Positions 52,522 through 62,227 of a stretch of DNA of 64,000 nucleotides are shown piece after piece (within the stretch, counting starts at the first letter, position 1; the number at the start of each line of letters is the position of its first letter). The DNA lies in contig OY969814.1 of the NCBI GenBank assembly GCA_963703345.1, positions 448,001 to 512,000 on the forward strand. Reading direction: 5' to 3'. Below the pieces are notes generated by a model. The model was given only the letters and a program-made list of their open reading frames with translations. It ran no database searches and was not told the origin of the DNA. The position numbers were made by a program, and so were the translations under genes. This DNA is from an uncultured Chloroflexia bacterium. GTDB lineage: Bacteria > Chloroflexota > Dehalococcoidia > DSTF01 > JALHUB01.

Positions 52522-53721
52522 ATCGGAGAGGAATCCGTCTGGCAAGGGCGGCCGGTCTGGGCCGAGATCGACCTTGACGCGCTCGAGCACAACGTGCGGC
52601 AGCTCAAGCGACAGGCAGGCGGCGCTCTGCTGATGGCGGTGGTCAAGGCGAATGCCTACGGCCACGGCGCCGTTATGGTGGCAAAGGCCGTTCTCGCCGC
52701 CGGCGCCGATCGCCTGGGCGTCGTCTGCGTCGACGAGGGCGAAGAGCTGCGTCGTGCTGGCATCGATGCCCCGGTCCTCATCATGGGCCACACCCCGGCC
52801 GCGCAGGCGGAACGGGTCGTCGGCCTCTCCCTCACGCCAACCGTCAGCACGCGCCGGTTCGCCGAGGCGCTCTCGCAAGCGGCGATTTCCAGCGGCGTGA
52901 CGCTGCCTGTGCACCTGAAGCTTGAAACAGGACTCAATCGCTACGGCCTGCCGCGCGAGCAGCTTCTGCCGCTGGCAGAGGCCACGCGCCATTTGCCGGG
53001 CCTCGACGTCGAAGGGCTGTGGACTCACTTCGCGACTGGCGACGAGGCCGACAAGAGCTACGTCCGGCGTCAGTTCAGCGCTTTCAGCGAGGTAGCAGGC
53101 CGGCTGTCCTGGATCCGCCTGCTCCACGTCGCGAACACGGCCACCGTGCTCGACATGCCTGAGCTTTCGCTGGGCATGGTGCGCGTCGGCATCGGCATCT
53201 ACGGCTGCTACCCCTCGGCGCAGGTGGAGCGCGACATTGCTCTACGGCCGGTCCTCTCGCTGAAGAGCCGCGTCGGCCGGCTGCGTCGGCTGGAGGCAGG
53301 GGAGAGCGTCGGCTACGGCTGCACCTGGACGGCAGCGCGACCGAGCGTGGTCGCCCTGGTCATGGCCGGCTACGGCGATGGGCTGCGACGCGCTCTCTCC
53401 AATCGGGGCAACGTCCTCGTTCGCGGCCGCCGCGCGCCGCTTGTAGGACGTATCGCTATGGACATGTGCGTAGCCGATGTCACTGACATCCCCTACGTCG
53501 CCCTCGACGACGAGGTGGTGCTGATAGGCCGCCAGCGCGACGAAGAGGTTACGGCGGACGAGGTGGCGCGGCTCTGCGATACGATAAGCTACGAGCTGCT
53601 CACCGGCATTACGGCGCGCGTGCCCCGGCTGTACGTTCGCGGCGGACGGGTCGTTGCCGTGCAGACGCTGGTGGACGCGGCGTCGCCGGAAGCGCCTGTC
53701 GTCGCCGCAGAAGAGGCTTGA
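52522..53721 (+). CDS. alr: Alanine racemase (no canonical start upstream of the conserved N-terminus)
   Basis: RPVWAEIDL, VVKANAYGHG, GYGDG, GRIAMD and TISYE motifs. Confidence 0.92.
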   Translation: MGEESVWQGRPVWAEIDLDALEHNVRQLKRQAGGALLMAVVKANAYGHGAVMVAKAVLAAGADRLGVVCVDEGEELRRAGIDAPVLIMGHTPAAQAERVVGLSLTPTVSTRRFAEALSQAAISSGVTLPVHLKLETGLNRYGLPREQLLPLAEATRHLPGLDVEGLWTHFATGDEADKSYVRRQFSAFSEVAGRLSWIRLLHVANTATVLDMPELSLGMVRVGIGIYGCYPSAQVERDIALRPVLSLKSRVGRLRRLEAGESVGYGCTWTAARPSVVALVMAGYGDGLRRALSNRGNVLVRGRRAPLVGRIAMDMCVADVTDIPYVALDDEVVLIGRQRDEEVTADEVARLCDTISYELLTGITARVPRLYVRGGRVVAVQTLVDAASPEAPVVAAEEA

Positions 53722-53760
53722 CATAACGCCTGTGTGAGTGGAATCTGAGAGTGCATTGGG

Positions 53761-53964
53761 ATGAAACGGAGCTGTGGCGGGATAAGAGAGAACGTAGTCG
53801 CTGTGGCTGCTGTCGCCCCGCTGACGATCAGCGCGGGCCACCTGCAATTATGGGCGCTGGCGGTCGCGGTTGCGGCGGCGTTTGTCGCTTCGCTCGCCTA
53901 CCTCCTGCGGCGCGCCCTCGGCCTCGTGAAACCGCCACCGCCTGAGGAAGATACGCCTCACTAG
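53761..53964 (+). CDS. Small putative membrane protein
   Basis: 67 aa with a hydrophobic helix. Fills the gap between genes. Confidence 0.45.
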   Translation: MKRSCGGIRENVVAVAAVAPLTISAGHLQLWALAVAVAAAFVASLAYLLRRALGLVKPPPPEEDTPH

Positions 53965-53980
53965 AGCGGCCGCTGGTCAC

Positions 53981-54736
53981 CTATTCTTCTTCCTCTTCTT
54001 CCTCTTCTTCCTCCGCCGCCATCTCCGCCGCCCGCGGCAGCAGCACCTCCAGCGTCGTCTCGCGGTGCCGTCGCGGCCCGGGCAGCGCCTCGATAGTCTT
54101 GATCAACGCCGGCAGCTCCTCCAACGTCTTCCTGTCGCCTCCGTCGAGCAACAGGATCGAGACACCGGCGTCGCGCAGGCACTCCAGGTCGTCGCTCTCG
54201 ACCGGCAACTCCATCGGCAGCAGCAGCGGTTTGCGTGCTAGGGCGGCGATGCGACGCAGTTGGAGCTGCAGCTTGAGGGTGAGCGGGCCTTTCCAGTCGG
54301 GCAGAAGAATGGCGTCGAGCGCGACCGACTCCAGCACGCGCAGATAGGTGTCGTCCTCGCCGTCTCTCAGCGCCAGCACGTAGCCGAGCTTGTCTTCCAG
54401 GAGGGCCGTCGCTGGCGTCGATTCCGCCTCGAAGACGATGAAGTCCACCGACGCCGCGATCAGCGCCTTCGTGTCCGCCGCCTCCATGCGCTGCGGCCAG
54501 ACGCCCAGCGGCGTCTCACCCGCTGCCTGCAGGGCCGATTCGACGTCCTCTGCCCTGGCGTCCTTCAAGATTACGACGCCGGCACCCGCCGCGACCGCCT
54601 GCGCCACCTTGTCCCCATCGTCGAGGAGCAGCGCCGCCAGCAGCGAAGGCGTCTTCGCCGGTCTCACCGCCCGGAAACCGATGGGCGCCGCTTCCGTGCG
54701 CATCGTCTTGCGTATCCTGTCGCCAAGCTTGCTCAT
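53981..54736 (-). CDS. Hypothetical protein, possible degenerate HpcH/HpaI-like TIM barrel, with acidic tail
   Basis: GGAAGGGA SD, alternating beta/alpha pattern, PIGF, VDFIVF and poly-Glu end. Confidence 0.6.
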   Translation of the reverse strand: MSKLGDRIRKTMRTEAAPIGFRAVRPAKTPSLLAALLLDDGDKVAQAVAAGAGVVILKDARAEDVESALQAAGETPLGVWPQRMEAADTKALIAASVDFIVFEAESTPATALLEDKLGYVLALRDGEDDTYLRVLESVALDAILLPDWKGPLTLKLQLQLRRIAALARKPLLLPMELPVESDDLECLRDAGVSILLLDGGDRKTLEELPALIKTIEALPGPRRHRETTLEVLLPRAAEMAAEEEEEEEEEE

Positions 54737-54904
54737 AGTCGTCCCTTCCGGATTCGGAGTACTGAACGGGATGATATCTGCGCCGGGGAGGCTCTGTCAA
54801 TTCAACTATAGCGCATCGGTCCGCCCGAATGTCAGCCGCCGCCCACAGCAACGGCCGCCCCACTCAGAGCGAGAGGAGCGGCCGCTGGATTGACGGGCGA
54901 GAGT

Positions 54905-55888
54905 CTATGCCTTCAGCTTCCGGCAGGCCTCGACGAGCGCGGGCAGAACCTTCTTGTAGTCGTCGACGATGCCGAAGCGGGAGGACTTGAAGATTATCGC
55001 CTCCGGGTCCTTGTTGATGGCGACGATGTTCTTTGCTCCGGCGCAGCCCGCCATGTGCTGGCTGGCGCCGGAGATGGCGACGGCGAAGTAGAGCGTCGGT
55101 CCGACTATCTTGCCGGTGAGGCCGATCTGCTCCGAGACAGGCCGCCAGCCGTTGTCGCAGGCCGCGCGCGTGGCGCCGACAGCGCCGCCCAGGGCCTTGG
55201 CCAGCTCCTCGAGCACCGCGAACCCTTCCGCGCTACCGATGCCGCGGCCACCGGCGACGACGACATCGGCATCCTCGAGCCGCATGCCTTCCTCAGCTAC
55301 TTCCTGGTGACCGGTTATCTTGTCGCGGATCGCCGACGCGTCGATACCGGCGTCGACCTTCGTTACCTGCCCCTGGCGCGAGTCGTCGCGGGCCAGCGGC
55401 TCCTGCGCCTTTGATCGAATGGAGATGACGGCGGGCGAGGTGCTGAAAGAATAGGCCGCCCGCGCGTTGCCGCCGTAGCAGGGGCGCTCGGCGATAACCT
55501 TGCCGCCCTGCGCCGAGACGCTCAGGCAGTCCATCGCCGCCGTACTACCCAGCCGGAAGGCCAGGCGCGGCCCCAGGTCGCGGCCCATGTCGCTCTGGCC
55601 CATGAGTATGGCGCTGGGGCTTGCCGCCGCGTTCACTTTCTCCATCGCCGCGACGTAGCCGTCGCAACTGTACTTTGCCAGCGCCGGCTCGTCGACGACG
55701 AACACCTGGTCCGCGCCGTGAGCGATGAGCTCTTTGGCCAGACCTTCGACGCCGGAGCCGACGAGTGCTGCCTGCACCGGCTGGCCGTTCTGATCGGCGA
55801 GACGGCGGGCTGCGCCCAATACTTCCAGGCTGATCGAGGCGACTGCGCCGCCGCTTACCTCGGCTGCCACCAAAATTCCGTTAGCCAT
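54905..55888 (-). CDS. etfA: Electron transfer flavoprotein alpha
   Basis: [21 protein letters not shown] and AINKD motifs. Confidence 0.96.
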   Translation of the reverse strand: MANGILVAAEVSGGAVASISLEVLGAARRLADQNGQPVQAALVGSGVEGLAKELIAHGADQVFVVDEPALAKYSCDGYVAAMEKVNAAASPSAILMGQSDMGRDLGPRLAFRLGSTAAMDCLSVSAQGGKVIAERPCYGGNARAAYSFSTSPAVISIRSKAQEPLARDDSRQGQVTKVDAGIDASAIRDKITGHQEVAEEGMRLEDADVVVAGGRGIGSAEGFAVLEELAKALGGAVGATRAACDNGWRPVSEQIGLTGKIVGPTLYFAVAISGASQHMAGCAGAKNIVAINKDPEAIIFKSSRFGIVDDYKKVLPALVEACRKLKA

Positions 55889-55920
55889 GTCAACGCTCCT
55901 TATCTATGGTAGGGCAAAGC

Positions 55921-56730
55921 CTAGATTATCTTCTGATCGCGCAGGCGTTGCGCCAGCTTCTGTGCGACCTCGTCGGGCGTCTCGCCCTCGACAACCTCGC
56001 ACTCGACTTCGCTGACCGGCTGGAAAAGCCGCTCCAGGTTGGCTCGAACGCCGGCCGCCCCGACCTTCGAGGCGTCAAGGCCGATGTCGCTCGCTCCCCA
56101 GACGGTGACCTGCTTGCGCGCGGCCATCATGATCTGCTGCAGCTTCGGGTATCGGGGCTCGCCCAGCTCGTTGCTGACGGTCACCAGCGCCGGCAGGGGC
56201 GCCTCGACAGTGTCATAGCCCTCCATCAGCACGCGCTCGACGACGACCTTGCCATCCTGGATGGTGACGGCCTTGGCGAGGCTGACGCTGGGCACGCTCA
56301 GAAGCTCGGCGATGCCGTATCCGACGACGCCCGCGTCCCAGTCGGTCGCCTGGCGACCGCAGATGATGAGATTGTAGTCGCCGACCTTCTCGATCGCCTT
56401 CGACAGCGCCAGCGCCGTGGTGTAGCTGTCGCCGTTGTCGAAAGCGCTGTCCGTGAGGAGCACTCCCTCGTCGGCGCCCATCGCCAGGCTGTGCTTGATA
56501 ACGTCGCGGGCGCCTTCCGGACCAAGGCTGATGACCGTAACCTTGGCGTCTCCGGCCGTATCCTTAATCCGTAGGGCCGCTTCGACTGCCAGCGCGTCGA
56601 ACTGGCTTATTACAGGCGTCACTCCCGCTGCCGTGACGACTTTCTTTGCCGCCTCGTCGACCCTGAACGATGATGCCGGGGCCTCCGGGTCTGGCACCTG
56701 TTTGACGCAAGTTATGATGTGCAAAGGCAT
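55921..56730 (-). CDS. etfB: Electron transfer flavoprotein beta
   Basis: CVKQVPD, AMGAD, GRQATD and EPRYP motifs. Confidence 0.96.
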   Translation of the reverse strand: MPLHIITCVKQVPDPEAPASSFRVDEAAKKVVTAAGVTPVISQFDALAVEAALRIKDTAGDAKVTVISLGPEGARDVIKHSLAMGADEGVLLTDSAFDNGDSYTTALALSKAIEKVGDYNLIICGRQATDWDAGVVGYGIAELLSVPSVSLAKAVTIQDGKVVVERVLMEGYDTVEAPLPALVTVSNELGEPRYPKLQQIMMAARKQVTVWGASDIGLDASKVGAAGVRANLERLFQPVSEVECEVVEGETPDEVAQKLAQRLRDQKII

Positions 56731-56806
56731 CTTTCTGCTTCCTCCTTATGTCCGCATCTTTCTTGTAGCTGTATGCTGGTCCCGGCCTTGCCGTGAACAG
56801 TCGTGA

Positions 56807-58885
56807 TTAGAGGCTGGCGCTCACCTCTTCGCCCTGGGTAGCCGCGGGCGGCGGCTCTGTGGCGCCACCTACGGCAGCTTCCAGCAGCTCGGCGACGTCC
56901 TGCGCCCGCATGCGCTTCTCTTCGTCGGGCTCCAGGGCTGGAATGCCGTCCTCGAACATCTGGATGCAGAACGGGCAGGCGGTAGCGACGATCTTGGCGC
57001 CGGTGCCCATCGCTTCCTCGGTGCGGGCGTGGTTGATGTGCCGTCCCTTGCTCTCCTCGACCCACATGTGGCCGCCGCCGGCGCCGCAGCAGAACGTTGT
57101 CTTGCGTGACCGCTCCATCTCCACCACGCGCGCCTGCGGGATGTTCTCCAGGATGCGCCTGGGCGCGCCCTCGATCTCGTTGTGACGCGCCAGGTAACAG
57201 GAGTCGTGGTAGACGATGGTCTCGGCGATGCCCTGCTTCGGCTGGAGCTTGCCTTCCTTGAGAAGCCGGTCGAGCAGCTCCGTGTGGTGCAGCACTTCGA
57301 ACTTGCCGTCGAACTGCGGGTACTCGTTGCGCATCGTGTTATAGCCGTGCGGGCAGGCGGTGACGATCTTCTTGACGCCCTTCGACTTCATGATCTCGAT
57401 CGCCTGCTGCGCCTGCATCTGGAAGAGGTACTCGTTGCCCAGACGCCGTGCGGGGTCGCCACAGCACGGCTCTTCCTCGCCGAGGACGCCGAAGCTGACG
57501 CCGGCCTGCAACAGCAGCCTGGCCAGCGACTGCGTGATAGGGACGTTGCGCTCGGAGAGGGAGCCGGAGCAGCCGACCCACAGCAGGTACTCCTGCGAGC
57601 CGTCGAAGAGGGGCACGTTCAGCCCCTGCATCCAGTCGGAGCGCGAGAACTGCGTGCCGCGCCAGGGGTGGCCGCGCTGCTCTATCTGCATCAGCGTCGC
57701 CTGCGCCGTCTCCGGCATGCGCGCCTCGTCCATGACGAGATAGCGGCGCACGTCCATAATTTCGGGCACGTGTTCGATGCAGACGGGGCACCAGTACATG
57801 CAGGAGCCGCAGGTGACGCAGTCCCAGATCGAATCGAATCCCATCGTGTCGACCAGGTTCAGCGGCTCACCCTCGGGCGCCGGCTTCCCCTTCAGCAGCG
57901 AGCCAAGGGTCGGCGTCTTCGAAAGGAGGGCCATGCGCCCGTGATGCTCGATATCCTTCGGAGAGAGTTCCTTGTCCGTGAGGTAGGCGGGGCAGTTCGA
58001 CTGGCAGCGACCGCATTCGGTGCAGGTCATGAAGTCGAGCAGCGACTTCCAGTTGAAGTCTGTCACCTTGCCGACGCCGAAGGTCGCGCCCTCCTCGGCG
58101 TTCTCCATCATCGCTTCGATGTTGATCGGCTGCAGCACGCCGGTGCGCTCGCGGCTGTGGAAGAAGACGTTGAAGGCCACCGTCAGCACGTGCGAGTGCT
58201 TGGAATAGGGCAGGTAGCAGAGGAATCCGAACAGGATGATGAGGTGCAGGTACCAGAAGGTGGCGTGCAGCATGCCGGTGGCGTTGTGGGACAGGCCGAT
58301 GCCGGTCCAGATACCCGAAACGCCGTAGGCGACGAACGACCAGGCTTCCTTCTTGGTCTCCAGGTCCAACTCGAAGCTGTTGGCGAGGATGTCGGTGACC
58401 ATCAGGAAAAAGATGAGGCCGATGATCCGCCAGGCGTCCAGGTTCAGCGTCAGGCGCTGTGGCTTGACGAAGAAGCGCTCGTAGGCGCCCATCGCCAGAC
58501 CGACCATGACCAGCACGTTGAACACGTCCATGACCGGCCGCCAGTAGTTGAATATGTCGCCGGGCAGATGCTGCAGGCTGAGCGGGTCGGCGACGCCGCT
58601 CAGCAGCAAGTTCAGGCTGCGAATCAGCAGGACAAGGAATCCCCAGAAGATAAGCGGATGCAGAATACCGGAATACCAATACTTCTGACGGAAAAACTTC
58701 GATTGCCCCACCATTATCAGCATGAAGTCGCTGATGCGCTGCGGCAGGTGGTCGAAGCGTGGCGCGCCCTTCGCCTGAAGGAACGGGATCAGCCGCGCCA
58801 CGATCGTCAGCACGAAAAAGGCGGAGAACCCAACGATTATGAGATAGAAGAAGATGTTCCCTGGTAACTCGTTTGAAGGTGCCAC
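56807..58885 (-). CDS. Membrane Fe-S oxidoreductase (FadF/EMO-like: TM domain, 2x[4Fe-4S], 2 CCG domains)
   Basis: TM helices with His, CTECGRCQSNCP, CVTCGSCMYWCP, CCG and CCGAGGG. Confidence 0.9.
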   Translation of the reverse strand: MAPSNELPGNIFFYLIIVGFSAFFVLTIVARLIPFLQAKGAPRFDHLPQRISDFMLIMVGQSKFFRQKYWYSGILHPLIFWGFLVLLIRSLNLLLSGVADPLSLQHLPGDIFNYWRPVMDVFNVLVMVGLAMGAYERFFVKPQRLTLNLDAWRIIGLIFFLMVTDILANSFELDLETKKEAWSFVAYGVSGIWTGIGLSHNATGMLHATFWYLHLIILFGFLCYLPYSKHSHVLTVAFNVFFHSRERTGVLQPINIEAMMENAEEGATFGVGKVTDFNWKSLLDFMTCTECGRCQSNCPAYLTDKELSPKDIEHHGRMALLSKTPTLGSLLKGKPAPEGEPLNLVDTMGFDSIWDCVTCGSCMYWCPVCIEHVPEIMDVRRYLVMDEARMPETAQATLMQIEQRGHPWRGTQFSRSDWMQGLNVPLFDGSQEYLLWVGCSGSLSERNVPITQSLARLLLQAGVSFGVLGEEEPCCGDPARRLGNEYLFQMQAQQAIEIMKSKGVKKIVTACPHGYNTMRNEYPQFDGKFEVLHHTELLDRLLKEGKLQPKQGIAETIVYHDSCYLARHNEIEGAPRRILENIPQARVVEMERSRKTTFCCGAGGGHMWVEESKGRHINHARTEEAMGTGAKIVATACPFCIQMFEDGIPALEPDEEKRMRAQDVAELLEAAVGGATEPPPAATQGEEVSASL

Positions 58886-59116
58886 TGTGTGCCTCCTCTA
58901 AGCCACAGCGCCAGGACGCGACATCACCGCTGAACGGCGGTATGTGCTTATCTTCACAGTCGAACCCATCATAACCCTAGCTTCAAATAGGAAGCAACGC
59001 CCCTGCCACCGTGATCGGAGGGGCGAGCGAAATCGTAGCAAGCATCAAATATCAAGTCAACAATGCCCCCTAGCCGCTCATGGCCGCTATGCTATATTGA
59101 CAGCGAGGAAGCTGAG

Positions 59117-59875
59117 ATGGACCTCGGTCTGAAGGGCAAGGCGGCTATCGTCACGGGCTCAAGCCGCGGCATCGGCCGGGCGATAGCGCTTCAGCTCGCT
59201 GAGGAGGCCTGCAACGTCGTCCTGTGCGCCCGCGGCGAAGAGCGGCTGCGCGAGACCGAGGCTGAGGTGCGCGCGAAAGGCGTGGAGACGCTCGCCGTCG
59301 TAGCCGACGTGACGCGCAGCGACGATGTCACCAGGCTGGTCGACGAGACGCTTGACCGCTTCCGACGCATCGATGTTCTGGTGAACAACGCCGGCGGCGG
59401 CTTCCCGGGCGATGACGACGAGGCCTGGGAGAGGACCTATCGCGTCAACCTCATGGCCGCCGTCCTCGCCACGCGAGCCGTCATCTCGCAGATGCAGCGC
59501 CAGGGCGGCGGCAGCATCATTCACATCGCTTCCGTCTTCGGGCGGGAGTCAGGCGGACCGGCGACGTACAATGCGATGAAGGCGGCCCTCATAAGCCACG
59601 CCAAGGCGACGGCGCTGGCCTTCGCGAAGGACGGCATTCGCGCCAACTCTGTCGCGCCGGGCTCGATCATCTTTCCCGGCGGCTCCTGGCAACGCCGCGT
59701 CGACGCCGACCCGGAAGGGATGCGCGCCTTCGTGAACGCCAACATTCCTATGGGGCGCTTCGGCACGCCCGAGGAAGCGGCGGTTGTCGTCGCGTTTCTG
59801 GCTTCCGAGAGGGCGAGCTGGGTGACCGGCGCCTGCGTCAACGTCGACGGTGGCCAATCGCGGTCGAACATCTAG
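59117..59875 (+). CDS. Short-chain dehydrogenase/reductase
   Basis: TGSSRGIG, NNAG, YNAMK and VDGG motifs. Confidence 0.92.
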   Translation: MDLGLKGKAAIVTGSSRGIGRAIALQLAEEACNVVLCARGEERLRETEAEVRAKGVETLAVVADVTRSDDVTRLVDETLDRFRRIDVLVNNAGGGFPGDDDEAWERTYRVNLMAAVLATRAVISQMQRQGGGSIIHIASVFGRESGGPATYNAMKAALISHAKATALAFAKDGIRANSVAPGSIIFPGGSWQRRVDADPEGMRAFVNANIPMGRFGTPEEAAVVVAFLASERASWVTGACVNVDGGQSRSNI

Positions 59876-59887
59876 GAAGGCCTTTCA

Positions 59888-60556
59888 ATGACCGAACCGC
59901 CGCTCGGCGAGCTGCTGGTCGTGGAGCTCGGCCGGCAGGTCTCCGTGCGCTACTGCGGCCTGCTCTTTCGCTATCTCGGCGCGACAGTCTTGAGGGTCGA
60001 GCCGCCCGGCAGCGACGAGCCATCCAGCAATCTTAACGCCGGCAAGAAATCGATGACGCTGGACGTGGCGCGCGCCGAGAGTGCGGCGCTCCTCTGTCGC
60101 CTCGCCGGGCAGGCGGACGTGCTGGTCGTTGACGATGGGTTGCCGCCGGACCTCGACTACGCGGCGCTCAGCCGGCAAAACCCGCGCCTGATCCTGACGT
60201 GCGTCACGAACGCGCCGCCTTCCGATGATGGGCAGTGTTTTATCGGACTCAACGCTTTCGCGGCGACGCTGCTGCCGCTCATTACCATGTCGGTGCTGGG
60301 GCGTGGCCAGCGGATCGAGATCGACGGCGAGGAGTGCCTGGCCGCGGCGGCAATGATTGTCGACGACGGTGAGATGCGCCTTAAGCGAGTTGACGAGGAG
60401 CCGCCGGAAACGGTGTCGCTGCCTTTCCGCGTCGAAGGCCTGGCGTCGCTGGGGCCGGCGCCGCGCCCGGGCGAGCATAACGACGAAGTCTACGGCGAGC
60501 TTCTTGGCCTGACCGGCGAGGAGCTGGCGCGTCTGAGGGGGGAAGCGATTGTCTGA
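59888..60556 (+). CDS. Shortened class III CoA-transferase-like subunit
   Basis: LGATVLRVEPP, NAGKKSMTLD, NPRLI and APRPGEHN. Only 222 aa. Confidence 0.75.
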   Translation: MTEPPLGELLVVELGRQVSVRYCGLLFRYLGATVLRVEPPGSDEPSSNLNAGKKSMTLDVARAESAALLCRLAGQADVLVVDDGLPPDLDYAALSRQNPRLILTCVTNAPPSDDGQCFIGLNAFAATLLPLITMSVLGRGQRIEIDGEECLAAAAMIVDDGEMRLKRVDEEPPETVSLPFRVEGLASLGPAPRPGEHNDEVYGELLGLTGEELARLRGEAIV

Positions 60557-61328
60557 GCCTTCGCCGATCTACCGCCTGCCGCTTGCCGCCTACCGCGTCC
60601 TCGATTTCGGCCCAGGTACGGCGGCCAGGTATGCCACGCGACTCCTCGGCGACGCGGGAGCAGAAGTCATCGCCGTCGAGCGCGAGATAGCGCCGCGGTC
60701 CAACGCGTTTCGACAGCTCAATCGCGACAAGCTGGGCTGCGCGCTCGATTTCGCGACGCCCCGGGGCGCGGAGCTCGTGCGCCGTGTGGTAGCAATCTGC
60801 GACGTCGTGGTTGAGGGTTTTGACGCACCGGAGCGCGAGCGCCTTGGTCTCGGCTATCACGCCTTGAGCGCGTTGCGGCCCGACATCGTCGTCGCGTCGA
60901 TCACCGGGACGGACGCAGACGGCGCAAACGCCACGTTTGCCGACATAGCTGCGGGGACGGCCGCGGCTGCCGCCGTATGCGTCGCCCTGCTCCACCTGCG
61001 CGACACCGGTGACGGACAGCACGTCGTCGTGGATGCCGCAGCCCTCGCCTCCGCGTTCGCGGCGCGCCTCCCTTCGCGCGAGCAGCTTCTCGCCGACTCC
61101 CGGCTGCGCGAGCGTCGCTTCTTCGAGCCTGTCTCCCATGTCGAAGGAGGCGTCATCGACATGCCGGCCCTTCCCTGGCGCCTGGGCATGACGCCCTGTC
61201 ACGTCCGCCTGCCCGCGCCGGAGCCGGGACAGCACAACCGTTACGTCCTCGCCAGCCTGCTCGGCCTCTCCGACGAAGAGATCGCGGCGCTCGAAGAAAA
61301 GGGGATTGTAGGAGCAGCGTCCGGCTAA
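60549..61328 (+). CDS. Shortened class III CoA-transferase-like subunit
   Basis: PLAAYRVLDF, GAEVIAVE, NRDKLGCALD, ADIAAG and APEPGQHN. Only 259 aa. Confidence 0.78.
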   Translation: MSEPSPIYRLPLAAYRVLDFGPGTAARYATRLLGDAGAEVIAVEREIAPRSNAFRQLNRDKLGCALDFATPRGAELVRRVVAICDVVVEGFDAPERERLGLGYHALSALRPDIVVASITGTDADGANATFADIAAGTAAAAAVCVALLHLRDTGDGQHVVVDAAALASAFAARLPSREQLLADSRLRERRFFEPVSHVEGGVIDMPALPWRLGMTPCHVRLPAPEPGQHNRYVLASLLGLSDEEIAALEEKGIVGAASG

Positions 61329-62227
61329 GCGGCCGGCTTCTCGGCGATCATCCAGATGTGGTTGGTGAACAGCCGGTTCAGCGGCGGAAGGTAGCTGAAG
61401 GGGCGAAGATAGCGGACGCTGTCCAGGAGCATCAGTTCGATTGTCATCTGCCGCGACATGTAGGGGAGCTGGTTCGGTATCTCCCAGCGTTCCTTCTTGC
61501 GAATGCGGAAGCCGGCGTCGGTTAGGGAGCGCGCAAGCGCCGACTCGGTCTGCTCGTTGACGTGCACGCGCCGCTCATCCTCCGTCCGCGGGTACTGCCT
61601 TCCGACCGGCAGGCTTGGGCCGATGACGTAGCTGCCATAGTGAGCGAGGTCGGCGATGCGGCGGATCGCCAGGTGCACCCGGCGGACGTAGAGCGGGAAC
61701 GTCACATCGTAGAAGAGTCGGTTGGGGCTGGTGTGGACGATGAGCCTTCCGCCCGGCCGCAGCACGCGCCACGTCTCGCGCAGCGCCTCCGCCAGCTCCG
61801 GCGGGTACAGGTGCTCGACGATGTCGCTCATCAAGGCCGCGTCGAATGACCCATCATCGAAGGCCAGGGCGCGGGCGTTCATAAGGCGGACCTGCGCCCG
61901 CTCCAGCACCTCGGCCGGAGAGGTCGCGAGCGACTCCGCTGCTATGCGCACCGCCTCCTCAGCGTAGTCGATGCCGACCGCTTCCGCGCCGAGCATCGCG
62001 GCATGCAGCACCATCTCGCCGCGCCCGCAGCCGACGTCGAGGACGCGCTCGCCGGGCCGAATCTTCGCAAAGCGCAGCGCCTTCTGGAAGCGGCTGCTCA
62101 GCTTGCGGCCACCCGATTCGCGGAACTCCTTGTAGCCCTCGCAGGAGGCGAAGAAGTAGCGACTGTCGTAGGCGTCGGGAGCAACGCTTTCGCTTGCCTG
62201 CGACTCTTCGTCTTCCGCTTCGCTCAT
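61325..62227 (-). CDS. Class I SAM-dependent methyltransferase
   Basis: VLDVGCGRG and RVLRPGG motifs. Confidence 0.9.
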   Translation of the reverse strand: MSEAEDEESQASESVAPDAYDSRYFFASCEGYKEFRESGGRKLSSRFQKALRFAKIRPGERVLDVGCGRGEMVLHAAMLGAEAVGIDYAEEAVRIAAESLATSPAEVLERAQVRLMNARALAFDDGSFDAALMSDIVEHLYPPELAEALRETWRVLRPGGRLIVHTSPNRLFYDVTFPLYVRRVHLAIRRIADLAHYGSYVIGPSLPVGRQYPRTEDERRVHVNEQTESALARSLTDAGFRIRKKERWEIPNQLPYMSRQMTIELMLLDSVRYLRPFSYLPPLNRLFTNHIWMIAEKPAA

